A stretch of 64,000 nucleotides of DNA. Origin: Cycas panzhihuaensis. Lineage: Eukaryota > Plantae > Cycadophyta. The position numbers and the translations under genes are program-made. The stretch lies in assembly GCA_023213395.1 (NCBI GenBank), contig CM041465.1:233685741-233749740 (forward strand), given 5' to 3'. The notes beneath the pieces were generated by a model that saw nothing but the letters and a program-made list of their open reading frames with translations, searched no databases and was not told where the DNA came from. Below are positions 24,991 to 39,016 of this stretch, piece after piece (positions within the stretch are counted from its first letter, which is position 1; every line of letters begins with the position of its first letter).

Positions 24991-27900
24991 TGGTAAAAAC
25001 TTCAAGAATTTAGAGGGGAAAAAAGGATGGAGAATTTTTTTTTTAATTTAAAAAATTTTTAGAATAAGTGAGGTCACTCATTAAACCTATTGCAGGAGAG
25101 ATGTGTGTGAAAAGAAAAAGGCACATCAAATAATTAAGAATTTTATATTAGTTAGTTAGACCAAGTATGACCAAGAGCAACTATAGGTGTGAACAAGTAC
25201 AATTAGAAGTGACTGCAGGTGCGACCGACCACGATAATGGTACAACCAAGTGTGACCAACTTTGATAAAGGGTATGACTAGCTGTAATTAGATTAAATCT
25301 TATTTGTAATCTAATGGCCAAGATTAGTTATTAAGGGATTAATAGTTATATAGGAAAAGATAGTTATAACTAAATGTAACTAGAATAGCCAAATAAAATA
25401 GTTGTACCCTATATGCGATAGATATATATATGTATAGATTAGGATTGTTCTCTCCTTTGGCCATCTATATTGTAGGCCTTTTTGTTGTACACTACTTCAT
25501 CTTGTGTCTAGTTGTGAGAGGACCAAACACAAGGCCTTCACATAATGAAGTTTGGTTTTCATACTCCAATTGTGGTCTCGTGTTATATATTCTATTATAA
25601 TTCTTTGTGAATGAGTTTGAGTTAGATTAGCTAGTGCATAATCTCTTAAAAAATGACTCCTCCTCCTAGAGCACAAAAGCAAATAAATGCTTTTGTTAAT
25701 TAAAGGAAATAATAGCAACCATTCCCATACTAACATCCCTAGTTCTTTGAAAAACCTTTATTTTTAAAAGTGATGCCTTAAGAATGGATGTCAATGTTGT
25801 ATTTATATAAGAAGGAATACCTATAGCCTTTGAAAGTAGGAAACTTAATGTAGTAGAGAAACTCTACTCAACGCATGATAAGAAAGTACTAGAAATAATA
25901 TATGTCCTACATAAATGGCGACAATATCACTTATGGAGTGAATTTATTGTTAAAATAAATCATAATAGTCTTTTCTACCATTTAAAATTGAAAGAGTTAT
26001 ACCCATGACGATAGAACTTGATTTAAAAAAATACAAGCTTATGACTGCAATATTTTCTACAACAAGGGCAAGCTAAATGTCATTACTGATGAACTCTCCT
26101 AAAGAGAAGAAGATAAAATCTCCAACCTTATGTAATTACCATACCTAATCCTAGTTAGATAACTAATCTTGAAGCTAAATATGTAAAAAGTATCAAAACT
26201 GGAGAATTGATTATGGAAATACAATAAGTTTCTTATAATAATTATAAATGGAAAAATGATATTATTTAGTATAAGGGAAGAATCTTCTTAGACTGGAACT
26301 TCAAACTTAAAATATAAATCATGAGAGAATATCACTCAGTGCCAATGGTGGGGTACATAAGATTTTTTAAGATATACTCCACATATAGACAATTATTCTT
26401 TTGAAAAAATATAAAAAATGACATCAAAATATACATGGAAAATATCCACTTTTTAAAGTAACTAAACATAAAAATGTAAACCTACTAGGCCTATTATAAT
26501 TGTTGCCCACCCTATAACAAAAATAAAAAAGCATCATCATGGACTTTATGATAGGTTTCCTAGTATCATAAGACAAGGACATGAATTTTGTGGTAGTTGA
26601 TAGGTTAACTAAGTTTATACACTTTATAGCTATGCAATCAACATATAGGGCTCTATAAATTATGAAAGTATTCATGAAAGAGACATATAGGTTGTATGGG
26701 CTATTACACATAATTGTTTATGATTGAGATCCCAAATTTATAAGTGTTATGAACCTTAGTTCATAACTTAAGGACAATTTCATAGGCACTAAGGAAGAAC
26801 ATGAGCACATAAAATATACTAAAGTATATAATGGCTAGAGACCAAAAGAAATTGGTTAATAAAATGAATGACGATGAATGTTTATAATGAGAGAGTATTT
26901 GAAGCCTTAAAAAGGAATTTATGAAAGGACATGACTTTCCATTCCTAACAAATTTAATTATATATTAAGAAGATTTGTAACAAGATCTCCTCTTGATATG
27001 TTTCACCCATGAAACCTCTATTGATGATGTCAATAGGTTCCCAAGTGGCATCTTCAAGAGATAGTTGCTTTTACTTAATTAAGTATTATTGAATTATTTT
27101 TTACTATAGTTGTTTATTACAAATCTTAATAATGGCTTCAGGAATAAGAACCAATTTTCCTTCTTCATCTAAGAGTGATAATTTTGTCTATACAAGAATA
27201 TGGACACCTATTTTTTTCTTTAGGAAAGATACATAAAAAACATTATACATCTTAAAAGTAAGGGGGGTTTCTAGGATATAAGAAACTTCCCCAACTTTTT
27301 GTTTTACTGGATATGGCCCATAGACACTTGGGCTTAACTTTTCTTATCGAGATCCTTTTAAGGATGCTTATTTATATGGTTGCAACCTTACACAAGCCTA
27401 ATCTCCTACCTCTAGTTCCCTTTCTATATGATGTTTGTTAGCCTGCTACATCATTTGGTTCCTTTTTTCTTCTAATTTTTCCTTTAAGATTTTAATTATA
27501 TCTCGTGTTTCTTAAAGGTAGTCAATCATTGATGGAACCTTAGTATCTTTGATTATCTTATCCTTTAGTTGTATTGGTTAGTATCCATATAGTGCTTAAA
27601 ATAGTGATATTTTGATGGATGAATGATAAGAAGAATTATACCAACCTTTATTCAGGTGTAAGCATTTTACCCACGAGTTCTACTTGCCAACCATATAGTT
27701 CTTTAAGTAACTTTCTAAGCATTTGTTATCTGCCTTAACTTGACCATTTATCTATGGATGGTGACTAGTGCTTATTTCTAACTTTGTGCTGACTTATTTA
27801 AATATCTCTTGCCAAAAATGCCTCAAGAATTTGGGATTCCTATCATTGATAATGGTATAAGAGAAACCATATAGCCTATGTATTTATTTAATAAATATTT

Positions 27901-29939
27901 CTTCTAATTGAGGGGGTTTGTATATGGATTGCATTGGTACAAAGTAGGTGATTTTTTAAATGATCTACTACCACATATATAACATCTTTCCCTTTTAAGT
28001 CAGGCATTCCTATCATAAAATCTATATTGAGGCTTTTCCATTTTTGTCATGGGATGGGCAAAGCTTATAACAAGCTTAGAAAAATTGTGTTTGTATTTAT
28101 TTACCTAGCAAATGGAACATTCTACAACAAAATTTTAAACTTCTTTTTTTATTCCCTTCTAAACGAATGATTGTTTAGCTCTGAGATATATTTTAAAGAA
28201 GCCTTCACATCTTAGTATTGGAACTACATGTGCTTCTTATTAAACCTTTATGTTTAAATGTTAAGTAATGTACTTTATATTGTAATGTTATGTACTTTAT
28301 GTAAGGGTGTTTTACCACCTAGCATGATAAAATACATGCCTACATTCTTTCTAATAGCATAATGTTGTCACTTGAGGGTCAATACATCCCTTGTACACTT
28401 TTACATATGTGAGTGCACACGGGTTAAGGCATGCATGTCTTATAAGTATTAAACATGCAGCCCCTTATGGTTCCTCCTCTTCATTTATATATTATGACCA
28501 TTTCTCATGTGGATCATAAGAGGGTGAGGTATTGTATTATTATGCTACTAATTTGAATATAAGATAATCTTGTTTACTTAGAGTGGGGATCAATTCCTAC
28601 TCCTCCATATCTTATGTCTTTCATATGATTGAGTTCATACTTACTTCATAGCTTATTTGCTCCTTCATATAGTGCTGTTGATGTGATGCTCATTATCTTA
28701 TTCTCTTAGCACACTCCCTCTCCAAGAGATCCTAGGATATATTTGGAAAAGAAATCCTAAACTTGTATTTGGTATATGCAAGATAAAAATTACTAGATCT
28801 AATTTATATATTTTTTAAAAGTTTATTTAGTGGGTACAGTAAGGAAAAAACATAAAAATCACTATTTTTTCTCTATTTTTATAGCAGAGAAAAAAAAAAA
28901 AAAACCATAGTTTATTTTGTAATCACTATAGAATCTCCTCTACTAGTTGTAAATTAGTCTAAATTTGCTCTTCTTAGAAAATGTCTACGCTTAGATAACT
29001 CCTAACTTTATTGGGTAGAATTCTCCATAACTTGGACAAATTTCTATATAGTGTTGAGTTGGATATCACTTAGAACACTTATGTACTAGCATTTTAAGGC
29101 TTTACACATGTATTAATACCTTGGCCAACCCTATTATAGTGAAAAAATCTTGCTCAAAAAAAGAGTTTTTTTTACACCTGGTTGACCGTTTGATCCTTAT
29201 ACAGTCCCTACACCCTTCAAATCTATTTTTTGACTTGTTCTTACTAGTTTCTTCACAAAATTCTATGAAGACTGTCTCATATCCTTCATCCTGAGTTGGG
29301 ATCCTCATTTTTTAAGTCAACTCATGATTTGACACCTTTACTTGATTGGGCAGATTGACTGTTCTTTTAATTTTTTGTCACCATCACCAAAGGTCTGTGA
29401 AAAATAAATTTTGAATAAAATTTTTGATCTTCAACTTTATCAAAATAACCTTAGGTTATAAAAAGTTGGATATTCTAGGAGTATACCATATTTCATAAAT
29501 TTTATTTTTTCTAAAGTTTGTTTTCTAAAAGAATTTTCTTTCTTATTTTATCATTGAAAAACAAACCACTTTATTTTTTAATTTTTTGAACCCTTTAACA
29601 CAATTTTTTTTTAAAGTATATTATTTGACTAAAAAACAAGTAATTTCAGTCATTTTTTTGTACTTTTAATAAGAAATTCACATTGTACAAGGTTTTCTAA
29701 TGATCCTTATGATGTGTACTTTATGCCCTAGTCATAAAAAAAGGGTAATAAATTATTTTATAAATAAAAATTTTCTTATTTTGGAGTGGGTAAAGACTAT
29801 TTAAAGTCCTCACATTATCTTAGTGGTGTGTTCTCTTGGCGCATTTGATTAAAAGTTGTATTTAGTGGTCGTTCTTTCACTTTAAAATAAACCCACTTCA
29901 AGCACAATAAGTAAGCAAGTACTTCTTCATTTCCCACTA

Positions 29940-30085
29940 GGTACTTTTTTTAATTTTTTAAGTGCTCTTATAAAACACTTAAAGTATTCCTTTTAGAACT
30001 TAAGTTACTTTTTTTGAAGCCTCTTGTATCAAATTTATCAAGCATTTATAAAGCAACAACATCATCATGCTTAAGTAATTTATCT
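29940..30085 (+). repeat. Direct repeat A (~146 bp), second copy at 39017-39162
   Basis: ggtactttttttaattttttaagtgctctt...aatttatct is present at both sites, roughly 10% diverged. Confidence 0.9.
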
Positions 30086-30090
30086 CACCA

Positions 30091-30272
30091 TTAAACCAAA
30101 AGACCTAGGTGGAATTGATGTTGTCACAACCCATAGACATGCCAAGCTCAACCCAGGTCACCACAACCCATAAACATGGCAGACTCAACCCAAGTCAAGG
30201 ACATCCATGGAGTTGATTAAGGATGGGTTGGAAACACTTGAGGGACTGGTGGGATACTCCAACACTCATCCC
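30091..30272 (+). repeat. Direct repeat B, second copy at 38870-39015; a ~37 bp subunit is doubled in the left copy
   Basis: ttaaaccaaaagacc(t/c)aggtggaattgat...ggatactc is present at both sites. Confidence 0.85.
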
Positions 30273-31450
30273 CACATCGAATTCAAAGTGATTCAAACAC
30301 TGGCCTTGACTCTGATACCATGCTAAACTTTTAACAAGGAGGGAAATCAATATTAACACCAATTAAGATCAATGAACAAAAGAGAAACTATATTAACTCA
30401 GATCAAAGATGATTATAACAAGATACTATGGCATCCTAGACTCAACATGAGTCTCTATGATGACTTGATATCTTTACTGTACCTCACCTGCCTATTTATA
30501 CATCATAGGTGGGAATACATAAGTGAGGTGAGATATATGTGGGACAAATAACCTTTGACATACCCAATGACTTTTCACTTACTAACTAACTAATGACCTT
30601 TCAACTACTTACATAACATTATTATAATATGAGACTCTTAGACCTTAATATAATACTTAATACGATAACTTTATTGACCCTAAGACACAACTTACATTCC
30701 AATACATTAAACATTATCTTCTAACACCTCCCTGTAATGTTTAATGTCAAGACCACAAAACTAGACATCATGATACCTAGTACTGTTGACTGATAATAAG
30801 ACTGGAACAAGATAAAACATGAGATGTTGTTTGAATTTGTAATGCCTCAGTTTGGGAATCTTCTTGAAGAAGATGACATAATCCTAATCTTTAACTAAAA
30901 TGCAACAATGCATGTATGTTATGCCTGCTATGTCATCTTCTATTTTTGCTATAGTATCTGTGTATTCCAACCATAGATTCAATCTCCTTTGATTATTATC
31001 ACCAGGATTGAATATGACAACATGAGATTTGGATTCCAAGATTTCCATGGAGAAAAAGAATTCCTCCTTATTTGTCTCTAAGACAACATGTATGTTCAAC
31101 TCATCAAGCCAATAAACATTCTCATGAAAGGAAAGGAGAGAGAATGAGTTCTTTCCTATCTCCACTTATAAAGGTACATATCTTGAATTAATAAAATACT
31201 CTATTTTTCCTTTTCCACTCAAGATATCTTTTGTTGTACTAGATATGATGTGGATTTTTATTATGATCACATGAACATACCTCCAAATAGTGGTTAAATG
31301 AAGATAAGATATCATCATAGCATGATTGCACTTCATGACTAGGTAGCCTACCAGAAATACATAATGGTTTGGATAAACAAGATTCTAACCAAATCCAATT
31401 TCAACTAGGGTATCCTTCATTTCTTTGAAGGAGTCTTCCAGTGCTTTTGC

Positions 31451-34400
31451 TGTTGAAATATTCAAAGAGACCATTCAATATTCAAGAATAATATATCAAA
31501 TATCATGAACATAATATAAAAATGATTATGTCATAATGTCTCTATAAATATAATAATATCATAATGGATTCCATCTTGACTCAACATGTCTACTACTCTA
31601 CCTCAACTACTTATTTATACATCACAAGTTGGAGAGAGTAGGATGACATATGTTACATATGGGATAAATGACCTCTTACACAACTAATCATATGATACTT
31701 ATTTATTGACCAATAACCTAATGACCACTTACTTACACATGTGTGCATTATTATAATATTGACTCCTAGACATGATACTCACCTAAATACTTAAGACCCT
31801 TACATTGAATGTTATCTTTCAACACCTCCCCTTAATGTTTAATGTTAAGACAATAAAAAATGACTACAAAAAATAACATGACATTTAGTACTAAAGACTG
31901 ACATAAGACATGAGATGTTATTTGAATTTGTAGTGCCTTAATATGAGAATCTTCCCAAAGATGATGTCATGGGCCTAATCTTTAACTAAAATGTAGCAAA
32001 ACTTGTATGTCATGCCTATGTTGTCATCTCTTATTTTTGCTATAGTATCTATGTGTCCCAACTATAGGTGTGGTCTCCTTTAATTTTTGCCTCCTAGATT
32101 AAATGTGGTAATATATGATTTCAACTCCATGAAGAGAAGGGTTTCTTTCTTATTTGTCTTCAAGTCTACAAAAATGATCAACTTCTTAAGCCAATGAACA
32201 CTTCCTTGAAAGGAAAAGAGGAACAATGATTTATTTCCTAACTCCACCTGTGTAGGTACATGTCCTGAACTAACAAAATACTTTGTTCTCTCTATATCAT
32301 CCAAGGAATCCTTTGTTCTAAATATGATGAGAATTTCCATTACGATTACATATATATATTTCTCAACTATGGCTATATAAAGATAGTATATCACTTCAAC
32401 ATGATTGACTTTCATGGATAAATAACCTACCTAAAATATACAACAACTTTAATGCACAAGATTTTTATTAAATGATACTCCAACTATGTTCTTCCTCCTT
32501 CTGAATGAATCTTCTAGTACTAATGCAGGATATATTAATATAACTTGAATTCTTTCAAGGATAAGCACAGAAAAACTTGTCATATTAAATGTGATCATAT
32601 AAAGTCTTGTGTACATGCATAAAACTATACAACTTAATATCTTTTGGATCATGGTAACAGATTTATCACTATGAATTAAAGTGATATCATCCAAACTTTC
32701 TATTAAGGTAGCTGTGTCTCCTTAATGTACCACCTATAAAAGATGAAGTATGAAATCACTTTTAGGTTTTTTATCCTCTATCCTTTTAATAATTTCTAAT
32801 GCAGTATTTCCTATCAATATGGTGAGGCTCAAGGTGTTTGGTGAGATAATATTCTTCTCAATCTTCAAATCTTCATTGTTATTATCTTCCTCAAATTTTA
32901 AATGAAGATCATTAGGTCTATTTTCAGAAATAGATTCATCCACTTTATGGATGTTGGATGAGTCTATGTGAGAACTGATCTTACTAGAATCAACTTGATT
33001 TTTCCTTTCTACTTTTCTTTTCAGCTTCTTTTTCTAGTTTTTAGTCAGGTTGTTAGGTAAAGTCTATTCTCTAATAATAACCTTTTTTCCTACTTCATCC
33101 TTGCTCCCTGCAATACAAAATTTGTTTATTTTTTCAAGAGCCTCTTACACCTCTTGAGGGCTCTTTTTATATGCATCTTTTAACAAACTCTGGGCTTCTT
33201 TATTAGAATTAGTATTCTAAAGTGTATGAAAGAGGAACTCATAGGAAGATGAAAGGTTTTTCTTATCAAAATTTGCAAGCATCACATCAATGGCCGCTCT
33301 ATTCTTCTTCTTAAAAATTTCCTCCCATTTTTTATTAATTAATGTAGGACCATTAAGGATAATTTTTCATAGTTGTTTAGTTATAAATATACATTCTATT
33401 TTAATTTTTAAAAATTAAAAATTAGTTCCAATATATTTGGGTAAGGCTTGAGGAAAATTTATTAGTAAAAATTCATTCTTTTCTGGCATAAAAATAATGA
33501 TATCTTCTAGCTCCATGATGTAAGACCAACTTGATTACAAGCACATTACCTAAGATTCATGCATCAAATTTGAACAAAAATAACTCTATCAAAATAGCAA
33601 CAAATACTCTCAAATCTCATATTAAAATGTTTGTCCATGAAATATAGTTCTAATAACAAAAATGGTTTGCAAAATAGATACATAGATGAGGAGAAATTAC
33701 AATAACTATACAAAGACCTCCTTAAGCACCAAAAAACTGAATAAAGATAGTCTTAAGCCCTTTCAAGGGTAAGTTGTAGGTCACATTAGGGCTTCATATA
33801 ACCAAGGGATAATGGAAAAGGGGTTGGTAGATTTTAAAGTAAACTTCAATATGGTTAAATACAATTTTGATTTTGCAAAAAAAATCATAAACTTTACCTT
33901 AATAATTTTGGAGTCTACAGATTCTAAATGGAGGTCCAATACAATTAAATTTGCTTGATAACTTTGAAAAATACAAACCCTAATCCTAAATCAAACCTAT
34001 AAAATTATTTTATAGGCGATGGTAAAACTTGAGAAGCCACTTGATGAAATCTTCATCAATCTTTGATAAATCTTAGGTAAGCTAATAAATTCTTCATAAT
34101 GAGCATAAGGACACAATTGTGGGCACAAAAAAATCAAGATCTAGTCAATGGCATTGCTCATAGAGGTTTCTCCATCTGTAAATTCATCTTCATCAAGGTT
34201 AATTGCTTGTGTGTTTACGCTTATAAAATAGTGGATAACATTCCATCCTTGCCTGGTATTTTTATGTAACTCTTACACCCTGTGTGAAAACCACCAAGCT
34301 TCTTCTTTTCGGAGCCTTACTCTTCATGGAACCATAATTGCTCGAAGGTGGAGAATACACATGGTTTCAAGCCTTTTCCCAACAAATACTCCCATGATAA

Positions 34401-35936
34401 ATCCTCTTGGCATACATCAATCATGCCACATGTAGTGCTTAGGAATTCCACAGGCTGAACTTGGACCAAATCCTCTTACATCAATAATAGAGATGGTCAC
34501 TATGAGAGGCGTAGGTCATACATATAGATTTCCCAACGATTGAGATCTTCAAATGGATCTATTATATATAGATATAGGGTTTCAATCTCCACGAACTTCT
34601 ATGGAAAATGAAAGTCTTCCATATAGCCACAAATAACTCAAGCCTAAGTGTAAGACATTTCAACAAGGTTTCACCTTGGCTGGGCACTTTCTCCTTTGTG
34701 ATCATAATTCTAGTTGCGTCTTTCACGGTAAGCAGTCTATATGACTTCTCTAATCATTTCTCTAGAGTTTTCATGAGGCCTATAGTCATAGAAATATCAT
34801 AATGCATGATCTTAAGGATAGGCAGGTAGTAACTAGGGTAAACTCTCATTTTCTGAGGATGCCTCTCTATTCTCCTATGGTAGCTGTAATCTTCCATGGG
34901 ACCTATGAGTAGACCTATGCTTATTCTTTGCCTTCTATGGGCTTACCAAAATTTTAGTAGGATCTCTTATTAGCAATTAAGGCTTTGGCTATTGCTCTTA
35001 CATACATACATGTGACCTTTCAATAGTTAGTAGGAATCTTTCTAATGGTAGCCCTCTCCTCTGTGTAGAATGAAATAAGGATCTTTCTACAAGAGGCTGA
35101 CATCGACCAAACATTGTTGCAAACGATTTTTCTTTCTTTATGGAAGATACTTTCAATTAGATATAGGCTTAATTTTCATCAACCTAGTTTTCAATATTTC
35201 TAGCACAAATAGGCATAAACTTTAACTTTCACCAAATAAATAAAGTTCAATAGCTAGCATATTCCACCATTAATTTCAACTGTATAAATTTCCATAAACT
35301 AAATCCTTCATGGGATAAACCCTAACACATGGCTACTTCACATAACAAGGTAAAGGAATGATATTACTTATTAAAAAAAATTGTTTTAAGTCAACCATAA
35401 TCTCAGCTTGGTTCAACTTGTAACAACATGGTATTGGGGCTTCACCTTCTATCAAACAACTCTACGGAGCCACCTCCACACACAATAAGAAAATGACAAA
35501 CCTGCACAATGATAAGCTTAACAAGCAACCTGCTATGATACCGTGTTGAAATATTTAAAGAGACCATTCAATATTCAAGAATAATATAGCAAATATTATG
35601 AACATAATATGATAACATCAAATAAATATAAAAATGATTATATCATAATGTCTCCACAAATATAATAATATCATAATGGACTCCATCTTGACTCGACATG
35701 TCTACTACTCTACCTCAACCACTTATTTATACATCACAAGTGGAAGAGAGTATGATGACATGTGTTACATATGGGATGAATGACCTCTTATATAACCAAC
35801 CACGTAACACCTATTTATTCACCACTAACCTAATGACCACTTACTTGCACATGTGTGCATTATTATAATATTGACTCATAGACATGACACTCACCTAAAT
35901 ACTTGGGATACTTACATTAAATATTATCTTTCAACA
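31451..35936 (-). mobile_element. Non-autonomous Copia-like element b (~4.5 kb), complete
   Basis: LTRs 31451-31824 and 35544-35936 (TGTTG..CAACA). PPT rc cctcccctta. PBS rc gctatgataccg at 35532-35543. TSD tttgc/tttgt. Confidence 0.93.
31975..33518 (-). pseudogene. Single decayed ORF of ~515 codons: Copia Gag N-terminus fused to an unknown region
   Basis: LPKYIGTNF...KIKIECIF...IILNGP...NRAAIDVML resembles the Copia gag N-terminus. ORF pieces 32734, 32449 and 32080 lie in it; the latter two are homologous to 35924 and 30884 in element a. Confidence 0.6.
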
Positions 35937-38900
35937 TTTGTTGTATATATTAATATAACCCAAATTCTTTTAAATACAAGAATAGAAAATGATGTGATCA
36001 TATAAAGTCTTGTGTATGTGCAAACAATCATGTGACCTAACACAATTTGGATCCTGGTAATAAATTTATCAACATAAATTAAGGTAATGTTGCCCAAACT
36101 TTTTGTTAAGGTAGCTATGTCATAATAATACACTACCTATGAAGAATGTTTAAAATTAGCTTCAAATTTTATATTCTTACATGTTCTTTCTAGATTTTAT
36201 CTCTCAGTAACATGTAATACATTGTTCTCTAGCCAAGTGTTATCACTTAATATGGGTGAAATAATTTCCTTAGTTTTTTAATTTTCTTCTTTTTAAGATT
36301 CTGAATGGAAATTATCAGACTGATTTTAGAGATAGGTTCACAAACCTTTTCATCTCCCTTATGATCATAAGAATTACTCTTATCAGAGTCAATCTGATTC
36401 TCCATTTTTGCTTTCTATTTCATCTTCTTTTTCTAGTTCTTAGTCAAGTTATTGTAGCCACTCTATTCAAGAATATCCTTTTATCTAGCTTGGTCCTTGT
36501 TATGTATATTACAAAATTTATTTGCTCTTTCAAAAGCCTCTTGCACCTTCTGGGGGCTCTTTTTATATGCATCTTTTATCAAACTGCATGCCTCTTTAGT
36601 AGAATTAGTATACTGAAGTACATGAAGGAGGAATTAATATGAAGAAGTAAGGTTTTCCTTGTCAAAAGCTATAAGCATCATATCAATGGCTACTATGTTT
36701 TTCTTTTTGAAGTTTTCCTCACTTTCTTCATTAATGAACGTAATACCAAGAACACTTTTCCATAGTTCTTTACCTCTAAATATGCACTCCATTTTAATGT
36801 TCTAAATTTAAAAATTAGTTCTAATATATTTAGGCAAGACTATGTTACTATCCGTTATACAAAAATTATATTTTTTTTGTACAAAAATAATAACATAATT
36901 CAACTCCATGATGTATGAATACACCCACTTCAACTTGAAATAGACTTTTTAAATATACAGAAAAAAGCCTCAAATTACATACCAACATGTTCGTCTCTAA
37001 AGTACAATTCTAATGCCTTTGACTATTTTGAAAACAGATGCCTAGGTGGAGAGATACAAGGTAAAACACACTACTATCCTCCTTTTAAAGAGTGAATTTG
37101 AGGATGTTAAAAATTAAGTCCCTTTTGATATAAGTAGCAAGTTACATCCAAAACTCATATACCCAAAACTTAGCTACTAGGGGATGGTAGATTAAATTTT
37201 AATATGATTTTAAAAAAATGATATGACAAAAAATTAGATTTTGCCTTACCTCTATTTCATGTCTATGAAATAAAAACAACTTCCTAATCTTATTTTATTT
37301 AATGAAATCCCTTCATGAAGGAATTTATATTATCAACCCTAACTTGATTCACAAAGTCATGGTAATGTCTCTTCTTCCCTTCACTTTAATTTGTAGGGTC
37401 GTGGCAGAGAAGCAAATACCAATCTGCAATCAATACATTCATCTACAACACATAAAGCATGTTTAGAGTGTAGGGGTTCATGGAACGACTTATGGGTAGA
37501 AGCCATTGCCTACACTTATGAGCAGAAAAAGAGTAGAAATGGCGATGCACACATTGGCCAACTAGCCTATCATTAGTGATTTCCTCACCACCCTTTGGGA
37601 GTCATGGTAATCTCTACTAGCTGGCCTTTAATGTGATCAACCTAAAGTCTGTGGTGCTTACAAAAATAGTGGAATGGTTAGACCAAGGGTATGTAAGACT
37701 AATGACATCTATCGATGTTCATCTGCCATGCTCTGGTTCACTAATACCCCAAATGGTGAACTTCACAATTTATCATGGGTCTCCTTTCTTTTGAATTCAA
37801 CCACCCTAAGGTTCTCTACACGGGATCCTTGGATCCTCTTAAAATGGCATAATTTATTTGTTGCGAGGTGTAATCTCCCATATATAGTTTGTATTATGGT
37901 CCTAAAAGAATTCACAGGAAATTTTATAAGTATTTCCATTATGTGTTTGTAAAATCTTTCAACTGTAATAATACATTCACATATAACTGTGATAACCATG
38001 CTTTTACTACCTTGTTGATGATGGTTTTAATGTTTGTCCCCTAACGGAAGCAACTGGCAGGGCACTTGGTATCTTTTGCAAGATTCTAGTAGCTGAGCTC
38101 TTCATATTTGTATCAAATCAAAAGTTTACCTCTTATACTCATTGGTAGATGTCTACATAATAATAGTTCCAAGCATATGTTCCTAATTCAAACTTGAGTG
38201 TAGATATAGGATTTAGTGCCTACGACTGAGCAAAATATATAAAGAAATACAACCAAGAGACTTCTCTTCTTTTGTGGACAGATTCTTGTAATTTATTTTT
38301 CCTTCTTCTATGAGCAGAACATAATTGTTCTCTTTCTTTTTATGAGCAAATAATCATTCAACAACAAGAATTATACTCAATGATCCTTAGTCACAACCCT
38401 TGAAGAGTCAATATTTCACCCAACAATACAGATTCAGAAAACACTCTCATCACCAATCTTAGATTTCATAGGTTGATTTTTCATCAAGCTCTTTGTATTT
38501 CCAACACAAACCCTACAACCATGAATGTGTCCTTAACTCTCATAGTCAAGGTAAATTTAATAACCAACAATTTATTCATATGTCACATTTTCATGGAACC
38601 CTTGTGTCATACTCTTTTCCTTATGAGAAAATAGGGGAGCAAAATTACCTAGTATAAATTCTATCTTGAATCACTACTAGCACACCTTGGAATAACGATG
38701 GCCTTGGTACTTCACCTTCACAAATCAAATCTTCAATCTAATAACCAACTTAATAGAGTCACCTCCTTCCTTATTGAAAACTTGGATAATTTACACATAA
38801 TGGCCTTAACATACAACTTACTCTTACATAGATATAGAAGCCTGCTTTGATACTGTGTTGAAGTTGTTGTTAAACCAAAAGACCCAGGTGGAATTGATCC

Positions 38901-39016
38901 TACCACAACCCAGAGACATCACAGGCTCAACACAGGTTGAGGACACCCATGGAGTCAATGAAGCACGAGTGGCAAAAACCCAAGGGATTGACAGGATACT
39001 CTAATATTTGCCAATT

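Larger units (their letters stand above)
16006..25640 (+). mobile_element. Non-chromovirus (Athila/Tat-group) Ty3/Gypsy, ~9.6 kb, both LTRs present, no TSD
   Basis: LTRs 16006-16556 and 25104-25640 align. Purine tract gcaggagagatg precedes the 3' LTR. gag-pol lies between the LTRs. Confidence 0.9.
30321..38868 (-). mobile_element. Non-autonomous Copia-like element a (host of element b); 5' LTR reduced to a ~10 bp stub
   Basis: LTR 30321-30726, PPT rc cctccctgtaa, PBS rc gctttgatactg at 38844-38855 followed by tgttgaagtt. Internal region is collinear with element b. Confidence 0.8.

Noticed and set aside
28737-29939. Possible CACTA/DNA transposon (cactata at ~28924)
   Set aside because: No matching terminal inverted repeat, TSD or transposase found.
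16060-30200. Short repeats (U3 subrepeats, 37 bp units in B) as a CRISPR-like array
   Set aside because: No unique spacers, no cas genes, and a eukaryotic TE context.
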